From assembly GCA_051294905.1 (NCBI GenBank), contig CM119377.1, forward strand, positions 9,860,001 through 9,924,000: DNA of 64,000 nucleotides, written 5' to 3'. A program made the position numbers and the translations under genes. Source of the stretch: Botryllus schlosseri (lineage: Eukaryota). Positions 40,124-52,732 of this stretch are shown here, piece after piece. Every line of letters starts with the position of its first letter. Positions within the stretch are counted from its first letter, which is position 1. Below the pieces are notes generated by a model. The model had not been told where the DNA came from. It worked only from the letters and a program-made list of their open reading frames with translations, and did no database searches.

Positions 40124-40807
40124 CTAGTTATCCCCAAACTGTGTGCCACGCAGGATGCCGCCACAGATTCTCAGGTGACTCTCGAATGTTTGTGGAATTT
40201 TGGACATGAACCGTGTAAATTTTTCAAATACGGCATGTAGAAAAGCACTCAATAAACTGAACATTGCGAACAATCTCAATTCTGGTCTTCAAGGTCCATC
40301 TAAAACTACCGTTACGACAACATTAAAACTACGATCATTAGACGAAAAGTTGGCGTTGTGGAAAACCAAGCTATTGAATAAATTCTTCCATACGCTTTTC
40401 ACTCTTAATGTATCAACTCATAAAATCATTTCGCAAATCATGAGACATTGCCCGCTCTTCAGCTTGCACCGCAACCCGCTTTTTTAAATACACAAAATAA
40501 AATGTGTTGTGGTTATCTGTTTCCAAATCATATTTCATTGCGATGCCATTTGCATCTTTATAACTATCTGAACATGGCTTTTCTGTTTTAACTGAAATTG
40601 AAACCTGTAAACGAGAAAGACCTACTTGGAATTGATGACGAAATGCGGTATACTGACAATAATACAACCTTGTTTTAGTCTATATGTTCGCCTAAGCACA
40701 TTTATCACATCAACACGTAACAATAATTAATTTTAAGCTTTAAGTGTGCCGCGAGCGATTTATAATTTTTGTAGATTGCCCCAAGCTGAAAATGTTGGGA
40801 ACCACTG
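40124..40807 (+). mobile_element. Deleted hAT transposon with a transposase remnant
   Basis: Right end GTTGGGAACCACTG; ORF 40200 contains NNLNSGLQG..KLALWK, resembling Charlie/GTF2IRD2-type transposases. Confidence 0.7.
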
Positions 40808-41106
40808 ACATAAACAACAGTGCTGGGATCAAGTCACTACCTTCGAGTCACAAGTCAATTCGAATCATTGAACATTTTGCCTCGAGTCAAGTCAAGTTAT
40901 TCGATTTTTGAAAGTGACTCGAGTATAGTCAAGTCACCCAATTTTTGGCGGTGACCCGAGTCAAGTCACGAGTGAAGTCACTAAGCGTTGTCGAATTTTC
41001 GAACTTTGAGGAATTATTCAAATCATTGCATCCTGCGATATGATTGCAGTACAGATTGATTTACTATTAATTTGAATCGAGTAACCAATATCGAGTTAAT
41101 TACACG

Positions 41107-42394
41107 CAGAGGTGGTCAAAGTAGTCAAGAAAGCTACTCAAGTAGAAGTAGAAGTACCGACGAAAAAATCTACTCAAGTACGAGTAGAAGTACTTCTTCC
41201 GTAAGGCACCTAAAACTGCTTGAAGTAGAAGTAGAATTGACTGACTTTAAATCTACTCAAGTAAGTAAGTAGTTTTAAAAATAGTATTAATTGGTTCGCA
41301 TGGACTGTCAAAAGCTGCAAATTGAGCTATGCGAAAGGTGCAGAGAGCTTGATTCGTATTGATGCATCCCAGGAGGTATAAATTTTCGACGGAATAAGCA
41401 TTCTTTCGCATCATGGGATGCAAATGACAGTATTGATATGAAAATGCGATACTAACCCTTTGTTTACTAGAAGATCCCATTTTAGAGAATATCATGGCAT
41501 GGCGCCCTACCCCATATTATAAGGCCCCAAGTTTAGGCGAAGAGCAATACGGAGAAGTTTTATCGGATACGGTTTCAACACTTTGCGCGATTAGTATACG
41601 CTAATAACAAATATTGTGGATCGTAAAATTTATATTTAGTGTAGCTTTATTTTCGGAAAATAGAGGCATTACTTCACTTGCTTTTATGCTTCAACATGTA
41701 TGTTCTGCAGACAAAAGAACTGAAAGTAATTAGAAGTCAAAGTATGATACTCGGAATTGAAAGTGAAATACAAATACCAGTTCTAAAAAGCGGAAGATAT
41801 ATATTCATGTCTTTTGTCCATAAAGCTTCAAAGGTGATCTGCTAAAACAGGTGTAACGTTAAAACAAGCCGGATTTTACAGACTAGCAGGACAAGTCACG
41901 GGCTGCTAGATTACGATATGATAGGTAATTGCAAGATTGCAAAATGGTATATAGTGTCAAACGTTATGGTGGGCCATATGTACTGTGATGAAATATTTGA
42001 TATGGGTGACAATGCGGTGTAAGCGGAACCAAGCAATCCGGTACCTAAATTATATTCACTGATACTTTCGTGAAAACATTCTTGTCGCTCCATAACTACT
42101 GTGCGCGAAGTGCAACAAAACTTCTTGGCTTTACTTGACTTTTATGAATATTAAATGGTGGTACTCCGTGAAAACAGCCCCGAAATTCCTCAGGCTATCT
42201 GTCGTATGTGAGGATTAAACTACTTCTACTTGACAAACTGAAAATAGCGAAAATTAAGTAAGTAGATCACAAAATATCACAAAGTAGAAGTAGAAGTAGC
42301 GAAACTCAGATCTACTTGAGTAAGTACCAGAAGTAGAGGAAAACTACTTGAGTACTTCGAAAAAGTAGAAGTACTTCGTTACTGACCACCTCTG
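41107..42394. mobile_element. Non-autonomous TIR element with AGTAGA/AGTA subterminal repeats
   Basis: TIR CAGAGGTGGTCA / TGACCACCTCTG. Confidence 0.85.
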
Positions 42395-43528
42395 AATTTA
42401 CACGCACTGTTAGAAAAATCCGTAAATTTACACCTTTTTGAGCAGTAAACGAGTTTACATACGTGGTCGTAACGAAATTTACTGTTATTTAAGCCGTAGT
42501 CAATTACGGACACGAGATCGTAATTCGATTCACCGAATCAATCCGTAAATTTACACCTTTTGAGCAGTAAACGAGTTTACATGCGTGGTCGTAACGAAAT
42601 TTACTGTTATTTCCGCCGTATTCATTTACGGACATGAGATCGCAATTCGATTCACCGAATCAATCCGTAAATTATTTCATTTGTCACACGTATGGGTGGG
42701 CATTTCTTGTGGCCAAGAAAGAAAGATTTCGATAAAATTGTAATTCCATATACAATAGGGTTACATAAACGCGTAGAGTATTACGATTTTGCTAGTACGA
42801 TTTCAGCACGTCGTGTCAGAGATTGCTGACAATCAACATTTTGAAAATATGCATTTATAGATGTAGGAATTCAATATCGCAACAATCAATAGTTTCATGT
42901 TGACATAATTTCAGTAGGCCAGCCGTTCTAACACCAAATAGGCTTAAGAATTGATTGTATGGTGGTACATCGACTTTAAGGGTTATAGTCATCTTTATAT
43001 TTAATAACAGGAGCTATAATCAGGCGCAAAGTCACTCAACTCGCAACTGTCATAGTTGAGTGACTTTCATCAGGCGGGAAGCCAGCGATAGTTCTTTTGT
43101 TCGATATCCCAGGGGATTAGCGAGGAAGGTTGAGGTTAAGAATTGCCAGACGGGATACAGCGGTTGTTCTCGGCAAACAGTTGCGGGTGTGACAGAAGGG
43201 TTTCTTTCATAGAATAAGGAAGATCAGTATATGCTTGCACATTATTCCAAGCATACTGGTCGGGTTGATGGAAAGGAACACATCATTCGCATGATGGACA
43301 GTAGCTATGGTGCCTCATTCAAACGTAAGTATAAATTGCTATCCCTATCCTTATATTTTGATATAGATAATGCTATGTCACTACATGACTCCCCAGACTC
43401 GGTCGTGATTATATTGCCTGTCGCAAACAAAAGCTCAAAATTCGTTTTATTTCAATATTGAGTTGTGAATGTTTGCAGACAGCTATCTTACTGTTATCTA
43501 TTATAAAAGGAACCCGTTCTCTCTTCAG

Positions 43529-46000
43529 GGCGTTGAAAAAGGTGAAGTCACTGAGGGTTGTCACCACAATGGAAAGAATTTCGACAATATGCAAAATGCT
43601 TCAATCGCAATCATACACGGCTTCTATGTTCATACTTTGATGAGCCAATCTCGCAAATATTGAGGCGAATGGTAAGCAAAAAGCCTTCTTTTATTCATAG
43701 TTGTTAGTTTATAATTCTCGTTAATAAATTACCTTTCACTTTTCAGTGGAGAGACGCGTATAGTTTCAGTACACGAAAAAATGTCTCCTACTCAACTCAA
43801 ATAATTACAATAATAATTGATTCAGATTCGAGTAGTCGAATCATTGCAGTCATTTGTTGCCATTTACCATTGTTTGATAGATGACTCCAACAATCAAACA
43901 AGTCCAAATGATGTCAATGAAGATGTGTTGTAATAATCAAATCCATATCTGTTTTCAGGAAAGTGTTCAAGGAGACTTTGTGGAGGAGGCTCCAAATCAT
44001 CCGTTCTTGATCGCAATCGGTAAGTCATTGTTTAGATTGCAATGCAATAGTTTTGGAAGTGACATTTCATGCTTATGATTACACCAATTCATGTCAGCAT
44101 GCGCTATATAATTTTAGGAATTAGCGTGGAAAGTTAGCGAGAATGTATCTAATAAAAATCACAATTTGGAGGTGATTCGAGTCGATTCAAGTCAAGTCGC
44201 GAGTCAAGTCACATTACCAATTAATACTAACTAATATGACACAATTCAAGTAGGCGCCAATAGTTGAGGAGTATATAAACTATAGTCGAATTCATTTTCA
44301 ATAAAACAATATGTTTGATTAATGGTCAAGGTACGAACAGAGACAGATATTTTGCTAATAAATTAATTTACTACTTGTTTACCACAAAGTAAACTGTAAG
44401 CTTCGAACACTTCGTTTGTGGTCAATTTATTTGCGAGAGAACAATGGCGGCTCAGTAAAACACACCATAATGGAATGATTGGTAGCTGTCCCTGGTTACA
44501 CCAGCGTTGCGCGAACAATCCGAACATATGCAAGATTCATTTATTTTCATCGACACCGATAACTTTATCACTTGGAATTGACTCCTGAATTTTGATCCGA
44601 GTCACGAGTCAATCCACATTTCTGATACGTCAAGTCAAGTCGTTTTAACAAATTGACTCGAGTCAAGTCAAGTTTTACAAAAAGATGACTCGAATCAAGT
44701 CTTGACTGGAGTCATCCCAACACTGGTTTACCACAACCACCTCTAAATTGGTATGATTTATTAGGATGCTAATCTGACTACAATACCCGTGCATTTTTAG
44801 GCTCGACCGTCCACTGTACAGACAAGTTTCTGATAACCGCCGAAAAATCGACCATTTATTCGACGGAATCCTTCTACTCAGCAGCAGCTTATTTCTTCGC
44901 CTGCTTCTATGTCTTCAATATGGAGTACCCAGAAGAAGCAACAGCTGCATTGGAGTTCATGCAAAGGTGAGCTATGAGTGAGAAGGAGACCACAATTGAA
45001 ACAGATTATACTAAATTTAATTGATACTAATTATGCACCTGGACTCCCCGAAACACGTTCTGATCTCGACTATGCCTACCTTTATATGCTTTACAAGACA
45101 ACAACTTCTATCTTTAATTCTTGACCCAAGCAGTCTCTGATGCTACTCGAGTAGAAGTAATCAATTACATAATTGATGCATCCCATAACCACTAGAGTAC
45201 TTGTGTAGAAGTGCTTCACAATGGCCAAATCGCGGGCCCGTGAGAGTGACCCACGGTGTAATTTTCTAAATTGGCCAACCCTGGTCTACGTAAATCAGGG
45301 ATGACCAAACCGTGGCCCGCGAGAAGGTTTAGAGGGGCCCCGCTAAGTAATTCTTGAAGTTAGTTATAATTTCAAAAAATTAATTACCCAGGTGATGTAT
45401 TGTGAACTTGCGAGGCCAAACAAAAAATTGATCAGCCTGGTTGCGAAATGCAGGATCTTGATGACTAAAATATGAATATAACCCAGTCCTTGCCAAGCCA
45501 AATGAGCCTAGCTCTATACAGAGGCGACCCACAATATTTCAAGTGCCATCATTATTGACCGAATTCATTCATTAACTTTGAATAATTTTTGCGCTTGGCG
45601 CGGCTATGTATTCAGGATTTTAATAACATAATTGCTATCGATTTTGATGAGCTGTAATATAAGTCTCGTTTTTGCCGTTACCTAATCCGGTTCGCTCTTA
45701 ATTCGACGACTACTAAAAGGTTATCAATATTGAAGTGGCCTGCGCAATGGTTTGAAAATCTTATGCGGCCCTTCGGCTGAAAAGGTTGGCCACCCCTGAC
45801 ATGAATTGTACTAGAATACACTATTACTATCAGCTGGCAATCGTTTTGATTCTTTGTGCCTGTTAGTAATATCTAGCCTATTTCATTTATAGGTACTTTG
45901 CTGGGATCGCAGAGCAGGGCTCAAAGACATCTAAAAGAAGAAAACTGATGTTCACCCTTAAGTGATAAAGTTTGCAAAGTTGCTGAAAAAAGCTCCATGA
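43529..46000 (+). pseudogene. Decayed spliced SAMD3-like / EnSpm accessory gene (exons 43529-43671, 43959-44019, 44801-44966, 45893-46000)
   Basis: Canonical AG/GT borders; in-frame joins give ...HPFLIAIGSTVHC...AAAYFFACFYVFNMEYPEEATAALEFMQRYFAGI, a motif recalled from SAMD3-like EnSpm-associated ORFs; apparent frameshifts/stops in the first and last exons. Confidence 0.7.
45296..45798. mobile_element. hAT-type MITE in an intron of the EnSpm-borne gene
   Basis: CAGGG..CCCTG termini; homologous to 34369-35166. Confidence 0.8.
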
Positions 46001-48979
46001 ATACATCAATAAATGCTTCGACGCTGCATCATTAATTGATGATTAGTGTGTGGGTTTATGACCCGGTCTAGGAGTCGAGGAAATTGTATGTGGATTTACC
46101 AGCAAACCGGGCATACTATTACTGTGATTGTGCCGTGATTCCGAAGTGCGCCAAAGAGTCGTATTTAGCTTTACAAATTGGCAGTAAATTTACTAGCAAA
46201 CAGTATTAATCCTACTGTTATTAGCCGTAATTTCATTGACTGTCTGGAAGCAGTTTTTAGTTTTACAATAGGGAGTAAATTTACTGACAAACCAGTAATA
46301 AATCTTACTGGAATCAGTATTTAGTTTTACATTTAGTCAGTAAATTTACTAGCAAACCAGTAATAAATCTTACTGCTATAACACCGTAATTTAATTGACT
46401 TTCTGGAAGCAGTAATTACATTTACAAATAGCAGTAAAACTGCTGCCTGCTATTTGAGCAGTAAATTTACTGGTATTTTTTTAACAGTGCGTTCATAGCG
46501 GCTTGGTATGGCTAACATACACAATAACTAGGCCTCGTCGGTAATCATCCGCCAAATAGATGATGGAATATGAAACCTCAGAAAGTTGAAACATATTGAT
46601 ATGAAGCAATAATCCACCATAACCACCATAATCCATCAATTCAAGTCTGTCACAATTGTTGACAAGTGATATAAAGGCATAAACTAATATATCAGTCCGA
46701 CTTAAATTATGCATGAGGTTCGTTAAGATTAGCACTGAACATAGAGACACTGCTATAGATCGAATATTACTAGTCTACGACAACGAAAGCTCTAATCAAT
46801 TTGTTTGCGGTGAATTTATTTCTGACATACCGACAGAGGCTCAGTAAAACTACACTGCGCAATCGTCAAATGACTGGTTGGTCACACAGTTCGCATCAGC
46901 GTGTCGAGAACATGTTCGAACAGGTACAGCGACTTAGCCGACACCAATTAACTTAGCCGACACCGATTACTATCTGATTTGACATTGACTCGAAAAGTTT
47001 GCTTCGAGTCACTAGTCATCGACATTTTTTGAGACGCAGAAGTCAAGTCAAATCATTTTTAGAAAGTTACTCGAGTCAAGTCAAGTCAAGTCATATGAAA
47101 AAGTTCACTCAAGTCATGTCATGACTCGTGGCGTCCCGATACTGATAAATAGTGGTTAGTAATTTCAATGCGTAGAGTACAGCCATAAAATGTGGCTAGA
47201 CGCCAGTAGGCGAAGGGTGCCTTCGTCACCTCACAAATTATCGACTTGAGCATTGTGCCGTTAAATGTTTTTTCTACAATTGATACGTGACGCTACCCAT
47301 GCGCAAATCTATGCGGTGTCATTTATCAGTGAGTCCACGGTCTCGTTTTGCCTTAATCACGAGTGAAGTCTGTAAGCCGGAAATTAAGCATATATAACAG
47401 GGTGGGCAAAGTAGGACTCCTCGAGTCTTTTATTGTGGATCTATAGTGATAACTCAATGCACATTGCACATGCATTTTTCGAACTTGCCGAGAGGTTTAA
47501 CCTTCGTATAAAATAAAGCATCCTAGGATATGTTAACTCCGTGCGTTTGGAACAAATGGAAACCGCGACCGCGGCTATAGTATAGCGTAATAACTGCACT
47601 ATTGAACTCCTGAGTTCACATGAAGATTACATGTGCGATAATGGTGCTATATAGTAATCAACAATGAACTTGATAGTTAGCGCAGGTCCCGTTCGGCTAT
47701 GGGCGGACAATGATTTTACAATCCCTACATTTGTATTGTCAGCTAATACCCGCGATAGCTGCAGAGTTAAACGGTCTAGTACAGTAGAGTTCCGGACATA
47801 CGTCCCTTATCCGAACCTAAACGCTACTACCATAACCTGTAAAACAGGTATCTGTCTGATTTTCATTTTCCGCATGGCCTACTGTTGTCGGTAATTTTAT
47901 CCCGCGATGAAATTTATGAAGTCAACGCATCACTCTGTTTGACGGATCAAGACTTGAAGGAACGCTCCGCCCTGCCCCGAGGACATATCATCCCTATTTC
48001 TCACACCTTGCGGCGCAGTTGAAGACCCCCTGCATCACACCACAATGATAATCATGATTTGATAGCCTGCACGTTCTTGCGATTTGTGAATGAGTGCATT
48101 CGTACTTTTTATTTTTTGTGTTGCGGCTCTTTTGAAAGTACACTTCTTGTTTCAGCACATCAAACAGGTCTGACCACCGCTATATATCATGCATTCTTCC
48201 ACGCAGTAGTTTTGCGTTATCAGCACATTCCAGCACTTTAGTAATTCCGTCATGCGCAATGCAACAAATTTCGCCATTATTCATTCAAGCAATATACTCC
48301 ACGACGAACATCGCTACAAAGCTTCATTGTAGATTGTCAGAAAAGAATCTTGATCCGGATGGATTGTTTTCAAAACTAAGATTCGGTGTTATATTATGGC
48401 TTTGTTGACTGCGAGGATTGTGTTTTGACCTTGAGAGGGCAGGTCGCAATCGATATACTGTGACGAAGTGTCATCTGATTGATCACCGTGCGTGTGCGGA
48501 CGCTTGCAGGTAAGGAATTTGGATGCCAGCGAATTTCGTTGTTACAGATTGCCAGTTGATTCGATGCATGAGTCATCGTTGGTTGGCATATCCTATGAAA
48601 CATGGTGGGCGGTTATTATGGAGGTTTAGTGTGCTTCTGGGTTTCGTGACTCACGTGAGCAACATCTATTTGTCAACGCGCGGTTAGGTCACGCGTAAAT
48701 AATACAGATATGTTTAGCATAAACAAGCGTGATTCGTGTCGGTATTAGACCGATAGACGCTTTATCTATTCACACTGGCCCAGTTCGTCATGATAATCGT
48801 CATAATTTAATCAGGGGTTCTCAAACTGGGGTACGTCAAAAAATTATCGGGGGTACGCGAGCAGCTTCATTCTTCTGGCACTGTGACAATTCTATGCAAC
48901 AGCGGTTTTAACGTTCATATGACAAGCGAGGAGAAAGTTTAATCAGCATTTATAAAAGCTTGGACCATCATGCTTTTGA

Positions 48980-49476
48980 ATTGCTGAGTAACACTACTTG
49001 CCTCATCTATACCCGTGAAATTTAGGTCTGAATACAAGCTTCTTCTGTACGTCTTCAAATGCATGGAGGGAAGTGCACCAACGTATCTTCGTGAGCTAGT
49101 GACAATGTATAATCCCGGAAAAGCGCTACGTTCTCAGTCCCAAATGCTCCTGTCAGTTCCAAGAGTTAGAACATCGACCTACGGCGTGAGAACCTTTTCT
49201 TCCTCGGCCGCCATTCTGTGGAACAATCTTCCAATTTCTATCAGACTATGTGACTCGCTATATGTTTTCAAACGCAAAATCAAGACCGTTTTATTCACAT
49301 GAGCGTTCGAACTAGAGTAGTGTTCTTTCCGCCCTACAACTATGCACTTCGTCTTTTATACATATCGTTTACTTTTATATTTTATTGCCTTTTATGTACA
49401 GCGCCCTAGTGTAGTAATGACAAATTGTTATATTCGGCGCTCTATAAATTATTATATTATTATTATTATTATCATT
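48980..49476 (+). mobile_element. 3' end of an L2/CR1-like LINE with an (ATT)n tail
   Basis: ORF 49015-49302 (KLLLYVFKCMEGSAPTYL..LWNNLP..FKRKIKT) is a typical L2 ORF2 C-terminus. Confidence 0.85.
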
Positions 49477-49616
49477 ATACACTGTTTCTACTACGGCGGT
49501 GATGAGAGTAACTATACGTTATACCTGCTGAAGTTCTACCAGACTAGCGCCATCTGTTTTATGAAGGCTACTGGATTAGCGACGTTGCAATCTTCAGGGT
49601 TTTGCTTATATTTTGC

Positions 49617-52600
49617 TCATGAAAAGTTACCTCACTGGACGCCAACAAATGGTTGCGATCTCAGACACCTTGCCCTCTCCTCACCCGGTGACCTGAGGTG
49701 TGCCCCAAGGCTCAGTACTTGGACCGGTCCTTTTCACCTTATATGTCATCGACATTTTTGAAATCTCCCCATTGAACACCACACTGTTCGCTGATGATAC
49801 TCACCTCTTCTCTTCCGCATCTTCGACGGCAGAGCTGGATGCCCTGACTGGTGACCAAATGCCCAAAGTCCATGAGTGGACGGCCCAGAACAACCTTTGC
49901 ATAAACGCCTCGAAATCGCAATTGCCGACAGTAAATTCAAAAAATAACCTAACTGGTAATATCGCTGGTCAGTCCGTTTCCAACACAGATAATGCCAAAT
50001 ATCTCGGGGTTTTACTGGACTCGAACATGTCCTGGAAGAGTCATATTCAGTCCCTAGAAACTAAATTATCACCGAAGTGCGGCCTGTTCCACAGCCTTAA
50101 GTGCTTCATGCCAGCATGGGTTCTTCTGATACTCTTTAACCGTTTGGCGCCGGCGTGGGTATTTTTACCCATTGCCGGTACGAGCGAAGCGTACTGCAAT
50201 AGAACCGCTATATATCCCGTTCTGATCGTACTGGGTCGTTGCTGTTTATTTCTGCGGATAGATATTGTTTGTGCAAGTTCATTGATACCATAATATTTGA
50301 TATATATTATATGTAAGACATCGAAATCGGATACCAAAGACCGTAGATAAATATGATGCAAAATACACTGTTTCGGCAACGCGCGCGTCATTGACCACTC
50401 TCACATAACTTGCTGTATGTTTCGTTCTGGCCGTCTTAGAGCATAGTTGTTTCTTTCTATGAAAAGCTAGTGTCGATACAAGTCCACACATATCTTCATA
50501 TCTGATATCAGTTACATATAACGTGTTCAAAATCTATTTGATAGGCCGCGTGACAAAAATATCCGCCGACCGCATCATTTCGCGCTCACGCGCGTTCCCG
50601 ATATACCCGTCATATAAACTGTCGTATATTTGATTTCATTCATCATAGCCTGTTGTAGTTTGTTTCTATGAATAGCGCTTGTCAGCTTCTGTTTTTCTTG
50701 CTAAAACAAACATAGTATACTAGTTATGTCTGCACCGCTCAAGATTGCATTTGAAAATCGGGAACAAATTCTCGCAGCCTACCGTACCAGCTTCAAGCAG
50801 ATGGATGATTACTGGTCACATAACGGGATATATATCGAGTTCTAATAGTGATATACCTTCACGTGCTTCATAGATTGTGTCTGTGAATAGTTGTTTCTTA
50901 TACGTTTCTAAATAATGGCTAATAGTCAATTATAATTCGTAATAAATACAATATTACTCAGCGCATATATCTACGCAAAAGTGTGCATCTGGATATACAA
51001 AGAGCTGTCGTATAACGATATATATCTTACGTTGTAGTAATGATAGGCATTCACGGATTGTCTCTTTCAATAGAACTAGCCAATATCCACCTTCAAGGCC
51101 AAAATAAACAACATTAGTTTGCTAAAGCCACCCCAAGGTCGCTTCTGAAAATCGCGAAGAGAATTCCTGCAGCCTACCACGGTAGTGTCAAACGCAGGGA
51201 CAAATATCCGTAACATAAAGTGATATGTCCTGAATTCTATTGGTAATAGACATTCTTAGATTGTTTTTGTGAAGAGTACATGCCCATAGGATTATATCTA
51301 CATCAGACAACAGTTATTAGTCATGTATATATGGTAATAACTGCAATATTACTCGGTGTGCATTACCTGCAAGAGATGTGTATATATTTGAAGGAAGTGC
51401 TACCAAATAACGTCATAAACTTTACGTTGAAGTAATGATAAGCATTTGCAGTATATCATTGTGGTAAGGACTGTATAATATACGTCTAGGAATACTAAAA
51501 TTACTGCTTTAGGTTCTACAACAGTTTCAGTTATAAGCCTTGGAAGTTACCATACGCGCGCTTCACTCGCCATGACTAACTCTCTCGGCGGCCTGCCGCG
51601 AGTTGACTAAAACGGTCGGTATTGTTTTGATTAGAAATTATCGCCTGCTAGACGTGGCGGGTCAACTCAGGGCTCTCTAGAACGATGAATACTGTGTCTA
51701 TACAATAATACATAGGACTCTATCGTCATCAGATACCTATACTAAGGTTCATAAGGCCCGCAATTTAGCATTTCTGTTTCCAACCAACGTTTTCTCGGCT
51801 TGCTCTCGATATACGTATCCAGACACAGAGCTCGAAATGATCTGAGTGGCGCAATTGGATCCGCGTTGAAGTTCTGATTCCAGCGCTACCTTGTTTACCG
51901 TACTCGAATCCCATTAAGGTACAGATTTTCGATTTTGAAAATTGAAGTAAAATTTTTCGAAATCTGCAGCCGGTGCCAATCGGTTAAATCCTTAATCCAA
52001 TCGAAGTTACATTATGGCATCCTCTGTTGGGGGGCTGCCAGTAAAACTGCACTCAAGCCACTGCAAAAACTACAACATAAAGTATTCCGAATCATAGCTG
52101 GGCTCCAAAGGGGCCTGGCTGCCCATCCAACAAGTCACTGCTGAAGAGATTCGGCGTCCTAAACATATAAGATATGCGGAAACTAGAAATCGTTAAGTTT
52201 ATGTATCAGTTCCACTGCGGTCGTTGCCCCGAATATTTCAATGACTTCTTTACCTCGGAATCCAAAGCGCACAAGTAGGCTACAATACACAAGCGTCCAC
52301 GTCGTCCAAATATCATATGATCGACCGAAAAGATCATCGCTCTATCAAATATGGTGGACCTGATGTGTGGAAAAGTATCCCGCCGGCCATCCGACAGTCG
52401 AAGAGCATGTCCACATTCAAGTCGAAATACAAGCAATTATTACTAAATAAATACAGTCCATCCTCAAGATTACTGGACCACGACTGACCTATCGATCTCG
52501 CTTCCGATGACATGCCGCCCTAGTTCTTGTCGCTTTCATTTTCTATACTATCTTCTTTACTTTCATTCAGTGTGCATGCCTCCTCTTTACATCGCCTAGG

Positions 52601-52732
52601 CCAAGGTGGGTGTCAGATTCCATAGACTACTCCTTGTCGCTTCAGCATCTTCCTGTCTTTTCATTGTATCGCATTTTTTGTGGTGTATTGAACTGATAAA
52701 ATTGCTAATAAACCAATGGTGATGATGATGAT
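49617..52732 (+). mobile_element. 5'-truncated CR1/L2-like LINE (reverse transcriptase), split by a piggyBac-like element
   Basis: GVPQGSVLGP and LFADDT RT motifs (49697-49800), KYLGVLLD; continues at 51984 as SLIQSKLHYGILCWG; (GAT)n tail. Confidence 0.9.
50140..51983. mobile_element. Non-autonomous piggyBac-like element
   Basis: TTAA on both sides; TIR CCGTTTGGCGCCGGC / CCGATTGGCACCGGC; removing it restores the LINE reading frame. Confidence 0.88.

Larger units (their letters stand above)
42405..46489 (+). mobile_element. EnSpm/CACTA (CMC)-like transposon, non-autonomous
   Basis: CACTGTTA..TAACAGTG termini, 2-bp TSD CG, GTAAATTTAC subterminal repeats, ~123-bp tandem duplication at the left end. 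Confidence 0.8.
40818..47144. mobile_element. Inverted copy of the 3900-4841 family, expanded by nested insertions
   Basis: Ends match the reverse complement of 3900-4841; degenerate TSD ATAAACAA/ATAAATAG. Confidence 0.75.
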
